Positions 50,469 to 60,583 of a stretch of 64,000 bases of DNA are shown piece after piece; the first letter of the stretch is position 1, and every line of letters begins with the position of its first letter. Source of the stretch: Myxococcota bacterium (lineage in GTDB: Bacteria > Myxococcota_A > UBA9042 > PHBI01 > JAWLBL01); assembly GCA_041687695.1 (NCBI GenBank), contig JAWLBL010000012.1, positions 32,001 to 96,000 on the forward strand. The letters run 5' to 3'. Position numbers and translations under genes: made by a program. Under the pieces are notes generated by a model. That model ran no database searches. It was not told the origin of the DNA and saw only the letters and a program-made list of their open reading frames with translations.

Positions 50469-53449
50469 GACCCGACGCGCTCGCGCAGGGGCCCCGACGC
50501 GACCCGCATGGGCGCCGCCGCCCGGTCGAAGGGCGCCCCGGCCTCCTCCAGCGCCCGCAGCATCTCGGACGCCAAGCGCATCGCCGCCACGCCCGCCGCG
50601 CCGTCGGCCGGCGACGCCCCGCCCCGCAGGTGCTCGCGCCACGCCGTCAGCAGCCGCTCCAGATCCCCGCCCCGCGGCGGCGTCCGCGTCCGCCCGCCGG
50701 CCGCCTCGGTCACCTCGAGCTCGTCGCGCCCGTCCTCGCGCACCCAGGTCAGCCCGCGCCCGTCGGCGAACCGCACCCCGACCCGCAGCCCGTCGGCCGG
50801 CGCGTCCAGCGCCAGCTCGATCGTCGCCTCGACCCCGGTCCGCCCCTGCCCCCGGCTGGTCACCACGACGCGCTCGGGCCGCCCGCCGCCCGACGCGCTG
50901 GCCCTGCGCGGCGTCAGCGGCTCGTCGGCCAGCGCCAGCGCCACGTCGCCCAGGTGGATCAGCAGCTCGTACAGCGCCCGTCGCGACCACGCCCGCAGGC
51001 TGCCCGGCGAGGTCGCCGTCGCCCGGTGCACCACCTCGATGGCCACCGGCCGCCGCGGCCCCTTGCGGTCGCCCAGCGCCTCGAGCAGCGCCGCCACGCC
51101 GCTCGACGCCCGCAGCTGCTGCGCCACCGACAGCCGGCCCGCGCCCTCGGCCGCCAGCGCTTCGGCCTCGTCCAACGCCCCCGCCAGGGGCTTTTCGACC
51201 AGACAGGGCAGCCCGCGCGCCAGCGCCACCCGCGCCGCCTCGGCGTGGTGGGCGGTCCGCGACGCGACGATCACGGCGTCGGCCGCGACCTGGTCCAGCA
51301 GCGCCCCCAGGTCGCGCGCCCGCGGCAGCCCCTCGGGCAGCTCGGGCAACTCCTTGTCCGGCGCGTGGGGCGAGGCGACCCCGACCAGCGCGAACCCGCC
51401 GACCCGCGCCATCGTCCGCGCGAACAGCAGCGCCCGCGTCCCGGTCCCGACCAGCGCCACCCGCACCGGCGCCCCGCCTCCCGTCGAAGCCGCCTCGGCC
51501 GCCGCCTCGCCCGGCAGCGGGATCTCGTGGCTGCGCGGCATCCGACCGTCGCCGTAACGCAGCGCCTCGCTCAGCCCCAGGTCGCCGCGTCCCGACTCGG
51601 CCTCGGCCTTGGCCTCGGCGGGCGTCAGCTTCGGCCCCGGCAGCGCCACCAGCTCGTCCGTCCCGTAAAGCGCCGCGTACTGCTTCCACACCCCGGTGCA
51701 CACCTGCTCGAAGCGGCAGTCGGCGCACGCGGGCCCCTGCTGCTTCTGGTGCGCGTCCTCGGTCAGCGCCCCGCTCACCGACGACAGGATGTCGCTCAGC
51801 GGCAGGAACTCGCCCAGCTGGCACGGCGGCACGCCCTGCCGCGACCCGACGATGACGCCGATGCCCAGCTCGACCGCCCGCGCCAGCGCGCGCTTCAGGT
51901 ACGGCACCACCTCGGAGTACCGCGGGACCTTGTCACCCAGGTGCTCGAGCGCCTTGTACTGCGGCGTCACGAAGGCCAGCGACACGCCGATGCGGTCGCC
52001 GAACTCGGCGTGCAGCCACTCGAAAAAGCGCACCAGCGACCGGTAGTTCGCGCCCGACACCACGTGGTTGACGTCGATGCGCAGCCCCTCGTGGCGGGCG
52101 AACAGCTTCAGCGCCGCCACGGTCCGGGCGTGGTCGCCGATCTTGCGCGTCTGCAGGCGCGACAGCGGCTCGTCGTGCGCGTGCAGCGACACGAACAGGT
52201 GCGTCAGCCCGGCCTCCATCAGCGCCTCGACCTTGCGCGGCTTGTCCAGCAGCACCGCGTTGGTCACCAGCTCGACCCGCGACACGCCCAGCCGCCGCGC
52301 CACCTTCACGTACGAGGCCAGGTGCCGCGACAGGGTCGGCTCGCCGCCGCTGAACGAGATCTGCTGGACGCCCGCCCGCGCCAGGCGCGAGATGCGCCGC
52401 AGCATCTTCCCCGGGTCCTCGTAGACGTTGCGCGAGGTCTCGTTGGCGCTGCAGAACCAGCAGTCCTGGTTGCAGTGCACCGTCGGCCGCAGCACCGTCA
52501 GGAAGGCCGTCCGCGCCGCCTGCCGCTTCGTCGCGTCCCACCCCTGCCCGCCCGACACCTGCGGCAGCGCCGGCAGGGGCGCCAGCCCGGCGTCGCCGTG
52601 CCGCGACAGGTACAGCGTCGTCGTCCCGGGGCACATCCGCGCCGCCGGGCAGCCGTCACAGACCGCGCCCAGCGACGACGTGTCGCGCCGCGGCATCGGG
52701 CGGCCGCCGCGCTCGCTCAGCAGGCCCTCGGGCACGGTGACCTGCCCGGCGTCGTCGACGGTGGCCAGGGCGCACAGCGGCACCCCGTCGCGCTCGTTGA
52801 ACGAGACCTCGAGCCCCCGCTCGCGCGCGAAGGCGATGGCCTGCCCGAGCGGCCCGCGCACCCGGTCCCAGCGCGGCGGCGACGCCTTGGCCGAAACCTT
52901 GCCGTCCACCGAGCGCAGCGCCACGGGCGAGTACAGCCGCAGCCGCCGCGCCTCCGGCGCCACCTCCAGCACCTGGGTCAGCAGCGCCCGCAGGTCCTGC
53001 ACGGCCGGGTCCAGCACGGGCACCTCGAGCGAGACCTCGAGCCCGGCCTCGACCAGCGCCTTCAGCCCGGCCAGGCCCGCCGCGTGGGCGCCCCGCACCC
53101 GCGCGATGGCGTCGTGCACCTCGGGCCGCTCGCTGGCGACGAAGAACACCACCCCGTCGACGCCCAGGGCCGCCAGCTCGCGCGCCCGCCCCGGCGCCGC
53201 GTAGGCGACGCCGTTGGTCCGCACCCGCACGCTGCGCCAGCCGCCCTCGCGCGCGCGCCGCACGTGCTCGCCCAGATCCGTCTGCAGGGCCGCCTCGCCG
53301 CGCACCTCGAGCAGCGCCCCGCCGCGGTCCATGGTCCGCAGCACCTCGGCCGGCGCCGTCTCGCGCGCGCGGCAGTCACAGACGGGGCACGCCAGCGTGC
53401 ACCCCGCCGCCAGGACCACCGTCGCCTCGTACGAGCTCGATCGCGCCAT
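50465..53449 (-). CDS. Double radical SAM plus Gfo/Idh/MocA oxidoreductase fusion (994 aa)
   Basis: CTLACPVC...RTNG...CDGCPAARMCPG; CNQDCWFC, SGGEPTL, VTNA, CADCRFEQVCTG; then VRVALVGTG and LVEKPLA. Confidence 0.9.
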   Translation of the reverse strand: MARSSSYEATVVLAAGCTLACPVCDCRARETAPAEVLRTMDRGGALLEVRGEAALQTDLGEHVRRAREGGWRSVRVRTNGVAYAAPGRARELAALGVDGVVFFVASERPEVHDAIARVRGAHAAGLAGLKALVEAGLEVSLEVPVLDPAVQDLRALLTQVLEVAPEARRLRLYSPVALRSVDGKVSAKASPPRWDRVRGPLGQAIAFARERGLEVSFNERDGVPLCALATVDDAGQVTVPEGLLSERGGRPMPRRDTSSLGAVCDGCPAARMCPGTTTLYLSRHGDAGLAPLPALPQVSGGQGWDATKRQAARTAFLTVLRPTVHCNQDCWFCSANETSRNVYEDPGKMLRRISRLARAGVQQISFSGGEPTLSRHLASYVKVARRLGVSRVELVTNAVLLDKPRKVEALMEAGLTHLFVSLHAHDEPLSRLQTRKIGDHARTVAALKLFARHEGLRIDVNHVVSGANYRSLVRFFEWLHAEFGDRIGVSLAFVTPQYKALEHLGDKVPRYSEVVPYLKRALARAVELGIGVIVGSRQGVPPCQLGEFLPLSDILSSVSGALTEDAHQKQQGPACADCRFEQVCTGVWKQYAALYGTDELVALPGPKLTPAEAKAEAESGRGDLGLSEALRYGDGRMPRSHEIPLPGEAAAEAASTGGGAPVRVALVGTGTRALLFARTMARVGGFALVGVASPHAPDKELPELPEGLPRARDLGALLDQVAADAVIVASRTAHHAEAARVALARGLPCLVEKPLAGALDEAEALAAEGAGRLSVAQQLRASSGVAALLEALGDRKGPRRPVAIEVVHRATATSPGSLRAWSRRALYELLIHLGDVALALADEPLTPRRASASGGGRPERVVVTSRGQGRTGVEATIELALDAPADGLRVGVRFADGRGLTWVREDGRDELEVTEAAGGRTRTPPRGGDLERLLTAWREHLRGGASPADGAAGVAAMRLASEMLRALEEAGAPFDRAAAPMRVASGPLRERVGS

Positions 53450-53592
53450 CCCTCACCGCCCCCGCGCGGCGGGGCTGCTCCCTCGGCCCGGCCCGGCGCC
53501 CCCGTGCGCGGGCGCGCTGCTGCGTCCAAGCGCCACGGCGGCACCCTACACCATCGCCCCGAGCGAGTCACACTCGCGCGGCGCCGCCGCGC

Positions 53593-55005
53593 TCACAGCC
53601 CCTCGAGGAGGGGCCGCATCACGCCCCGGCGCCCGCTCACGAACGCCCGCAGGGCGTCGACCGCGTCCTCGAAGTCGGCGTCCCGGTCCCACAGCGCCAG
53701 GTCCGCCTTCGCGGCCTGCTCGATCGCCGCCGCCATCGCCTCCACGCGGCTCAGCAGGGCCGCCTCGCTCAACGCGCCGTCCAGCGCGGCCAGATAGCGC
53801 GCTCGGTACTCGGCGCGATACGCGGCGATGGCGAACAGCCGGGGCGAGAACGCGTCGCTGCCGTGCCAGGACGGGGGCCTGGGCGGCGCCGGCGCGCCGT
53901 CCCAGTTGAGGCCGAAGGTCGCGTCGGCGTCCCAGCTGATGAGCTCGAACGCCGCCGCCTCGGTGCCCGGCGGCGCCGCGAGGTCGTGGTAGAGGTAGTA
54001 GTTCTTGGTGAAGGTGTCGCGGTTGTCGGCGAAGGTGTGGACCGCCTGCCACAGCATGAAGGCGTCCAGGTCCAGCACCGGCTCGACCTCGGCCTCGAAC
54101 GCGGCCTGGGTGGCGGGCGTGTCGCTCAGGGTCGCCAGCAGCTCGCCCAGGTCGTCGGTCGGGTTGTCCTCGTTGACCTTCAGCTCGTAGCCGTTCATGG
54201 GGGCCGCCTTCTTCGCCCAGTTCGCCCTGTGGTCGACGGCCTTGTAGACGTTGCCGTCGCGATGGAGCCCGCGCCGCTTCAGGAAGGGGCGGTCGATGCG
54301 CTCGATGGCGACGTACAGGCCCATGTCCTGCCCGTTGACGCGCAGCCACACGAAGGACATCCGTGGGGCCAGGCCGCCCAGGGCGCTGACGACATCCATC
54401 GTCAGCTTGTTGCGCATCCAGGTCGGGTCGATCCAGCTGGCGTGCAACACCAGCCGCCGATGCTCCTCGGGCCGCCCCGAGAACCAGGGCACCTCGGGCT
54501 CGTCGTCGTCCGGGAAGGTCAGCCGATAGGACTTCTTGGGGAAGCTCCGCGACAGCCCGCCGTGCAGCTGCATCGTGACCTTCGGCCATGTGTCGCCCAG
54601 CATCTGGACCCGCGCGGTGATCGCGTAGCCGTCGGAGCCCTCGTCGCGCCCATGCAGCTCGGCGAGCTCGGCCGCGGGCACCCTCACCGCGATGAGCGGC
54701 AACCCGCCGGGGCCCTGTTCGGAGACGACGTCCAGGCCGGTGCCGTCGATGTCGAGCCCCGTGTCGCCCGAATCCTCTCCTGCGACGTCCGACGTGTCAT
54801 CGGACGTGTCTCCCACCGTCTCCGAGCCGCTCGGGCCCGGATCACACGCCGCGAGGGCCAACAGCAGCCAAGCCAGCCCGGCCCAGCGGCCCGACCGCGG
54901 CAGCCTCCACGGCCCGGCGCCGCCTCCGCGGCGACCGTCCCTGCCCATCGCGGCTCCGAGGCGTGTCGCCCCACCCTGGTCACTCCGGTCGTGGTCTCGC
55001 TTCAT
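53593..55005 (-). CDS. CotH kinase family lipoprotein
   Basis: Lipobox LAAC; GGLSRSFPKKSY, DPTWMRNKL, GLYVAIERID, KNYYLY, ISWDADATFG; start may be 54948. Confidence 0.9.
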   Translation of the reverse strand: MKRDHDRSDQGGATRLGAAMGRDGRRGGGAGPWRLPRSGRWAGLAWLLLALAACDPGPSGSETVGDTSDDTSDVAGEDSGDTGLDIDGTGLDVVSEQGPGGLPLIAVRVPAAELAELHGRDEGSDGYAITARVQMLGDTWPKVTMQLHGGLSRSFPKKSYRLTFPDDDEPEVPWFSGRPEEHRRLVLHASWIDPTWMRNKLTMDVVSALGGLAPRMSFVWLRVNGQDMGLYVAIERIDRPFLKRRGLHRDGNVYKAVDHRANWAKKAAPMNGYELKVNEDNPTDDLGELLATLSDTPATQAAFEAEVEPVLDLDAFMLWQAVHTFADNRDTFTKNYYLYHDLAAPPGTEAAAFELISWDADATFGLNWDGAPAPPRPPSWHGSDAFSPRLFAIAAYRAEYRARYLAALDGALSEAALLSRVEAMAAAIEQAAKADLALWDRDADFEDAVDALRAFVSGRRGVMRPLLEGL

Positions 55006-55019
55006 GCCGACGGGGCCTC

Positions 55020-55036
55020 AGCACGAACCGTGCCGA
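55020..55036 (-). promoter_or_regulatory. Sigma54 promoter upstream of the first CotH gene
   Basis: Minus strand TCGGCACGGTTCGTGCT (GG-N10-GC). Confidence 0.6.
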
Positions 55037-55156
55037 GCCAGCTTCGCTTTCGTTTCGCCCACTTACGCGGCACCCCCGGCAGGTCGACTCGGCGAGCGCA
55101 TAGACGGCCTCCGGCGAGTGGGAACTATCTCCACACCCCTTCGCCGCGAGGGCTCC

Positions 55157-55831
55157 TCAGAGGACCGCGCCGAACCCGAAAGAGACGACCAGCAGGTCGG
55201 CCACCCCGTCGAAGGCGTGCCACTCGGCGCCGACCGTGACGGCCGGCTCGCCCGCCTCTCCCAGGGCGAGGCGCACCCCCAGGCGCCGCTCGGGGCGGGT
55301 CAGCTCCATCCAGCCGACCTCGAGCAGGGCCGGTCCGCCCAGCGGCGCCGCGATCCGCGCCAGCAGGTACCCGTACGGCCCGGCCGACGCGTCCAGATCG
55401 CCCCCGAGGACGCCGGTGCCCCCCAACCCGCCGCCGCCCACCAGCGCCAGCATCAGCCCGCCGGCGTGCACGCCCGAGCCGAGCGCGGCGTGCAGATCCG
55501 CCACGGCCCCGGCGCGCCCGACCCAGCCCAGCGCGCCGCCCATGTGCATCGCCAGGCCCAGCTCGCCCTCGCTGTCGACGTGGGCCACGTCCAGCCGCAG
55601 GCCGCCGCCCCACCCCGCCGCGCCGGGCGCCTCGGTCGCCAGCCGGTGGACGCTGGCGACGGTCCAGACCCCGGTCCAGCTCGCCGCCTCGGGCACGTCC
55701 CACGCGGCCATCCCGTCGCCCGGGGCCAGCAGCGCGGCCACCCCGGCCAGCGCGCCAACCCAGGGACGACGCCCGCCCCGACCGATCTCACGGCCGGGGC
55801 TTCGCTGGTGCTCGTTCGCCGCGCCTCGCAT
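55157..55831 (-). CDS. Hypothetical secreted or outer-membrane beta-strand protein
   Basis: Signal-like segment followed by Gly-rich alternating strands, ending FGFGAVL. Confidence 0.55.
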   Translation of the reverse strand: MRGAANEHQRSPGREIGRGGRRPWVGALAGVAALLAPGDGMAAWDVPEAASWTGVWTVASVHRLATEAPGAAGWGGGLRLDVAHVDSEGELGLAMHMGGALGWVGRAGAVADLHAALGSGVHAGGLMLALVGGGGLGGTGVLGGDLDASAGPYGYLLARIAAPLGGPALLEVGWMELTRPERRLGVRLALGEAGEPAVTVGAEWHAFDGVADLLVVSFGFGAVL

Positions 55832-55882
55832 GACGTCAGCCTAGTCCAGCGCCCCTGGCGGCGCCATGGGCCGCGGCCCCGG

Positions 55883-57412
55883 TCACTCGCCCAGGATCGG
55901 CCCCGGCAGCGTCAGGGTCACCGCCGGGTCGTCGAACCAGGGCGTCAGCACGTGGTGGGCCCCGGCGACCCGGTCGGTGAAGACCAGCAGCCCGTCGTCG
56001 GGCGAGGCCAGCAGGTGGTCGCCGGTCAGCCCCGGGGCCAGCGGCGCGACGGCCGCGGCGTCCGGGGTCAGGCGGTGCAGCGCGCTCGCGTCGGCGACGT
56101 ACAGCGCGGCGTCGTCGGTCAGGGCGCGGCTCTGCCCGAGGCGCACCGGGGCGCCGCCCAGCTCGGTCAGCGCGCCCGTGGCGACGTCGACCCGGCCCAG
56201 CCGCGGCGCGCCGGCGGCGGTCGTGCGGACGAACAGGGCGGCGCCGCTCGGGGCGAAGCGGTAGTCGGGGCGGGTGTCGCCGACCTCGGTGACGCGCCAC
56301 TTCAGCGTCGCCGCCTCGACGGTGACCACCCCGAAGGGCGCGTCGATGAAGGTGTTCCACTCGACCATCAGCGTGTCGCGGTCGACGAAGCCGGCGACCC
56401 GCGCGCCGTCGGCCGACCACTCGGCGGGCCCGAAGCCCGGCAGGTTGCCCAGGTGCGTGATGGTGTCGAGGTCGACCAGCGAGATGGGGTCCGCGGCCGG
56501 CGGCGGGACGTCGGACCAGTCCTCCCAGGGCTCGGCGACCTCGGGCTGGGCCAGCACCACGTCGCGCAGGTGGCAGGTGCGCGGCGCCAGGGCCGCCAGG
56601 TTGCCGCCGGGCTGCAGGCGCAGGTCGTCGGCGCAGTTGGCGAACTCCAGCTCGGTCTCGTAGGTCATGCCGTCGCGCTGGAAGATCTGCAGCAGGGCGC
56701 GCGGCAGCCCCAGCTGGTTCCAGTAGCTGGTCGTGACCACCATGCGCGTCGGCGTGAAGTCGACGTCACGCGCCGCCCAAGCGGTGACGAAGGGCTGGGC
56801 GGCGCCGCTGGCCACGTCGACCAGGACCACGCGCCGCAGCGGCAGCGCCTCGAGGTCCTGCTCCCAGGCGACCAGCTGGCCCGGGGTCTCGGGCAGGTTG
56901 GCCAGGGCGAGCTGCGCGCCGTCGGGGGCGACCGTCAAGCTGGTGAACGAAACGCCGGAAGTGTAAACCTGGTGAACAGCTCCGGCCAGCGGGTCGACGC
57001 CCCAGACGGTCGCGCCATCGGCGGACAGGGCCAGCAGGCGCCCCGGGGCGCCGGCCGACAGGGCGCGCAGGCCGCACAGGTCGCCGCGGCGGGTCACCTC
57101 GAGCGTCTCGAGGTCGGCGACGGTCAGGCAGCGGCCGCCCGGGCCGGCGGTCAGGCTGGCGACGAAGCGGCCGTCCGAGGTCATGACGACGGCCTCGGTG
57201 CCGTTGGGCGAGGCGGGCGCTGGGGCCTCGGCCCAGGGATCGACCGTGGGCGTCTCGTCGGCCGGCGGCGAGGCGGGCGGGGTGACGGAAGGCGGCGGCG
57301 GGGGGAGCGGGTGCGGCTCGACGACCGGCAGGCAGGCGGCCAGCAAGGCGGGCAGGCCGGCCGTCAGGATCGCGGCGAATAGGGCGGCGCCAAAGGGGGT
57401 GCGGAGCGTCAT
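55883..57412 (-). CDS. Beta-propeller lipoprotein (WD40/YVTN/TolB-like)
   Basis: Lipobox LAAC; Pro linker; repeated TSDG, SADG, APDG, SPDD blade turns. Confidence 0.75.
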   Translation of the reverse strand: MTLRTPFGAALFAAILTAGLPALLAACLPVVEPHPLPPPPPSVTPPASPPADETPTVDPWAEAPAPASPNGTEAVVMTSDGRFVASLTAGPGGRCLTVADLETLEVTRRGDLCGLRALSAGAPGRLLALSADGATVWGVDPLAGAVHQVYTSGVSFTSLTVAPDGAQLALANLPETPGQLVAWEQDLEALPLRRVVLVDVASGAAQPFVTAWAARDVDFTPTRMVVTTSYWNQLGLPRALLQIFQRDGMTYETELEFANCADDLRLQPGGNLAALAPRTCHLRDVVLAQPEVAEPWEDWSDVPPPAADPISLVDLDTITHLGNLPGFGPAEWSADGARVAGFVDRDTLMVEWNTFIDAPFGVVTVEAATLKWRVTEVGDTRPDYRFAPSGAALFVRTTAAGAPRLGRVDVATGALTELGGAPVRLGQSRALTDDAALYVADASALHRLTPDAAAVAPLAPGLTGDHLLASPDDGLLVFTDRVAGAHHVLTPWFDDPAVTLTLPGPILGE

Positions 57413-57449
57413 GGTCGGGGCCTCCAGGCGGTGTGCGAGCGCCTGGTGA

Positions 57450-57466
57450 AGCAAAGGACGTGCCGA
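57450..57466 (-). promoter_or_regulatory. Sigma54 promoter for the propeller lipoprotein operon
   Basis: Minus strand TCGGCACGTCCTTTGCT. Confidence 0.65.
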
Positions 57467-57482
57467 GGCCCGGGCGGCGGCG

Positions 57483-57570
57483 TGGCACGGTCCGTGCGGA
57501 CGTCCAGGCCCAGAACACCGCTCATATGGCGAGGCGGGCGACGGCGACCTCTACTGGCACGGTCCATGCA
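57483..57570 (+). promoter_or_regulatory. Two tandem sigma54 promoters upstream of the VWA gene
   Basis: TGGCACGGTCCGTGC (57483-57497) and TGGCACGGTCCATGCA (57555-57570). Confidence 0.7.
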
Positions 57571-57618
57571 AATGTCCCGGCCCAGGACACGGTCACACTC
57601 GCGACGAGGGAGGATGCG

Positions 57619-59496
57619 ATGAAGGGGACGCGGTCGGGGATCGGCTTGGGGGCGCTGGCGCTGCTGATGGTGGCGGCCGGGTGCGGGGACATCTCCGTGG
57701 AGTCGGCCGGGGCGGCGCCGGGCTGGACGGACACGGCCGGGGCTTCGGACGGGTTCGGCGCGTGGGACTCGGGGCAGCAGGCGCCGCACGCGGACGCCGG
57801 GCCGACGCCGGGCGGGGGGCAGCCGGGCGACGGCAGCTGCGTACCGGTGTGTGACGGCAAGCAGTGCGGCCCCGACGGGTGCGGCGGCAGCTGCGGGTGG
57901 TGCAGCGGCAACGACTCGTGCCAGGACGGCGTGTGCGTGCTGGTCGCCGGGTGCGTGCCGGCCTGCGCCGGCAAGATGATCGGCCTCGAGGACGGCTGCG
58001 GCGGCGTGTGCGCGGGCAGCGGCATGGGCATCGGCCTCGCCCCCGGCGGCGCGCAGGACGCAGCCTACTTCCGCGCGCTGGTCCAGCAGGGCCAGGTCCC
58101 CTCGCCCGACGTGCTGCCCATCGAGGGCTGGCTGACCGAGCACGGCACCTCGCTGCCGCCGCCCCAGACCGACCGCTTCGTCAGCCTGCACGGCTTCTTG
58201 GGCCTGTTCTACGACCCGGCCGACGCCGCGCCGACGGTCGCCCTGCAGCTGGGCATGAACTCGGCCGTCCCGCCCGAGGCCATCGAGGCGGGCCGCTTCA
58301 ACCTGTGCGTCGTGGTCGACAAGAGCGGCTCGATGCACGGCGACAAGATGGAGATGACCCGCGCGGGGCTGCTGCAGATGCTCGACGCGCTCGACGAGGA
58401 CGACTACCTGTCCATCGTCACCTACGACGACACGGCGCAGCTGGCCCTGCCGCCCCAGAAGCTGACCGACAAGGCCAAGGCGACCGCCGTCATCCAAGGC
58501 ATCATGGCCGGCGGTTCGACCAACATCCACCAGGGGCTGAGCCTGGGTTACGAGCAGGTGATGAAGCACATCGCCGACCAGGGCGCCATGCCGCGCGTGA
58601 TGCTGGTGAGCGACGGCGTAGCGACGGCGGGCATCATGGAGACGCCGGCCATCCTGGCGATGAGCGGCAGCTACAACGCCGAGGGCATCGGCCTGACCAC
58701 CATCGGGGTCGGCCAGGACTTCAACTTCGAGCTGATGCACCTGCTCGCGACCCAGGGCCTGGGCAACTTCTACTTCATCGAGAGCGGCGCCAAGCTCGCG
58801 CAGGTCTTCACCGAGGAGATCCACTACCTGCTGACGCCGGTCGCCAACAACCTGCGCCTGTGGTTCCGCCTGCCCGACGGCTTCGGCGTCGAGGACGTCT
58901 ACGGCTTCGAGTACGCCGAAGAGGACGGCGAGTTCCACCTGCTCGGGCCCAAGCCGCAGTACACCGTCGAGCCGGGCGGCACGCCCACCGATCCCGGCCA
59001 GGGCGGCGACGAGACCCCGCAGGTGGCCGTGTCGACCCTGTTCGCCAGCAAGAAGAACGGCCTGGTCATGGTGAAGGTCGCCACGCCCGGCGTCGGGCCG
59101 GTCAAGGCGCTCGAGGGCCTGCACTTCGCCAGCCTCCACTACGCCTACGACCTGGTCGAGACCGGCGAGACCGAGAGCTTCGACATCGACGTCCCGCTCG
59201 GCGCGATGGACTTCGACGCCGACGGCGGCTTCTCGCACTTCTCGGGCGCCATCATGCAGCGCAACTTCTGCGTCCTGCGGGCCGGCCTCGCCATGAAGGA
59301 GGCCGCGCGCCTGTTCCACGAGGCGCCCGACCAGGCCGCGAGCCGCTCGGCCGCCATCGCCCAGCTGGCGACCGCCACCACCCTGTGCGAGGGCATCAAC
59401 CTGGTCGTCAACGACCCGCGCCTGACCGAGGACGTCGCCCTGATGGCCCAGCTGATGGACAACGTCTGCGGCGACGACTGCCTCCCGCAGCCCTGA
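57619..59496 (+). CDS. VWA domain lipoprotein (YfbK-like) with Cys-rich module
   Basis: ATG after GGAGG; lipobox AAGC; CDGKQCGPDGCGGSCG; MIDAS VVDKSGSM, GGSTNI, SDG, IGVGQDFN, GNFYFIE. Confidence 0.9.
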   Translation: MKGTRSGIGLGALALLMVAAGCGDISVESAGAAPGWTDTAGASDGFGAWDSGQQAPHADAGPTPGGGQPGDGSCVPVCDGKQCGPDGCGGSCGWCSGNDSCQDGVCVLVAGCVPACAGKMIGLEDGCGGVCAGSGMGIGLAPGGAQDAAYFRALVQQGQVPSPDVLPIEGWLTEHGTSLPPPQTDRFVSLHGFLGLFYDPADAAPTVALQLGMNSAVPPEAIEAGRFNLCVVVDKSGSMHGDKMEMTRAGLLQMLDALDEDDYLSIVTYDDTAQLALPPQKLTDKAKATAVIQGIMAGGSTNIHQGLSLGYEQVMKHIADQGAMPRVMLVSDGVATAGIMETPAILAMSGSYNAEGIGLTTIGVGQDFNFELMHLLATQGLGNFYFIESGAKLAQVFTEEIHYLLTPVANNLRLWFRLPDGFGVEDVYGFEYAEEDGEFHLLGPKPQYTVEPGGTPTDPGQGGDETPQVAVSTLFASKKNGLVMVKVATPGVGPVKALEGLHFASLHYAYDLVETGETESFDIDVPLGAMDFDADGGFSHFSGAIMQRNFCVLRAGLAMKEAARLFHEAPDQAASRSAAIAQLATATTLCEGINLVVNDPRLTEDVALMAQLMDNVCGDDCLPQP

Positions 59497-59737
59497 CCCG
59501 CCGTCGACGGCCACCTGACGCCTCGCTCGCGCTCGCGGGCGGGGCGTCCCGTCGCAGGGCGCGCCGCTCGCTCCCTCTCCTGCGCCGCACCGGCCCCTTG
59601 CCTTTGCGCCGTCCTCCACCCGAAGCGGTTGCCACCCGCCCCTGACCGGTGCTATCCCCGCGCGGAACCTCGCCCGCCGCCGCCCGTCGACGCTCGACGC
59701 ATCGGTGACGCGGGCCCCGGCTCCCCGAGGGGACCTC

Positions 59738-60417
59738 ATGACGCTCGCTCCGCGCCTCAGCATGTCCGCCGCCAAGCGCGCCCTCACCCGGGCTGGCCTC
59801 GCCGGCGGCCTGGCCCTCGCCGCCGGCGCCTGCGCGACCGTGCCGCACTCGGTCGAGACGACCCCGGCCGCCCTGGCGCTCGGACGACCCGACGTCACGC
59901 CGACCCACCGCCAGGAGGAGGCCTGCGCGACCTGGCTCTTCGGCCTCATCCCGCTCGGCGGCGACGCAGGGCTCGCCTCGCTCGAGGACCGCCTGAACCC
60001 GCCCGAAGGCACGGCGCTCGCCCGGCTCACGGTCGACCGGAGCACCGCCTTCTACTTGATCGCGTCCCAGACCTGCACCCAGGCCCGCGCCACCTTCGTC
60101 GAGCGCCGCTTCGTCCCCGGCCTCGAGGGCGAGCCGACCTCCGCGCGTCAGGCCCCCGCCGGCCGCCCAGGCCGCGCCCGACCGACGGGCCCCTCCCCGA
60201 CGAGGTCGTCGTCGCCGAAGACGCCCCCACCGCGGCCGTCGCCGAGCTGGCCGCCCTGGTCGACCAGCCCGTCGAGGTCCACCTGCGCGTCGGCGGCAGC
60301 TTCCGTGGCGTCATCACCCAAGCCAACGCCAGCTTCGTCGTGGTCAAGCCCGACACCGGCCCGACCCGGACCTTGCGGCTGTCGGACATCGCCAAGGTCG
60401 TCCGCGTCGCGCCGTGA
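59738..60417 (+). pseudogene. TRL-like lipoprotein apparently frameshifted from a C-terminal Sm/LSm-like domain
   Basis: Frame A: AGAC lipobox, EACATWLFGLIPLGGD, CT. Near 60180 coding character moves to frame B (VEVHLRVGGSFRGVITQANASFVVV...LSDIAKV, stop 60417), which has no start codon. Confidence 0.55.
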
Positions 60418-60553
60418 CCCGCCGCCCCAGCCGGGCCCGTCCACACCCCGCTGGGGCTCGCCTCCACAGTCTCCGCGCCCCTGTCTACCTGCTCGACGCC
60501 TCGCGCGGCGCCCCGCTGGCCGTGGCGCCCCCGCGAACGCTGACCCGCAGCGC

Positions 60554-60570
60554 TTGGCACGGTCCCTGCT
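60554..60570 (+). promoter_or_regulatory. Sigma54 promoter upstream of the second CotH gene
   Basis: TTGGCACGGTCCCTGCT. Confidence 0.65.
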
Positions 60571-60583
60571 GTAGGCGCAGGGC

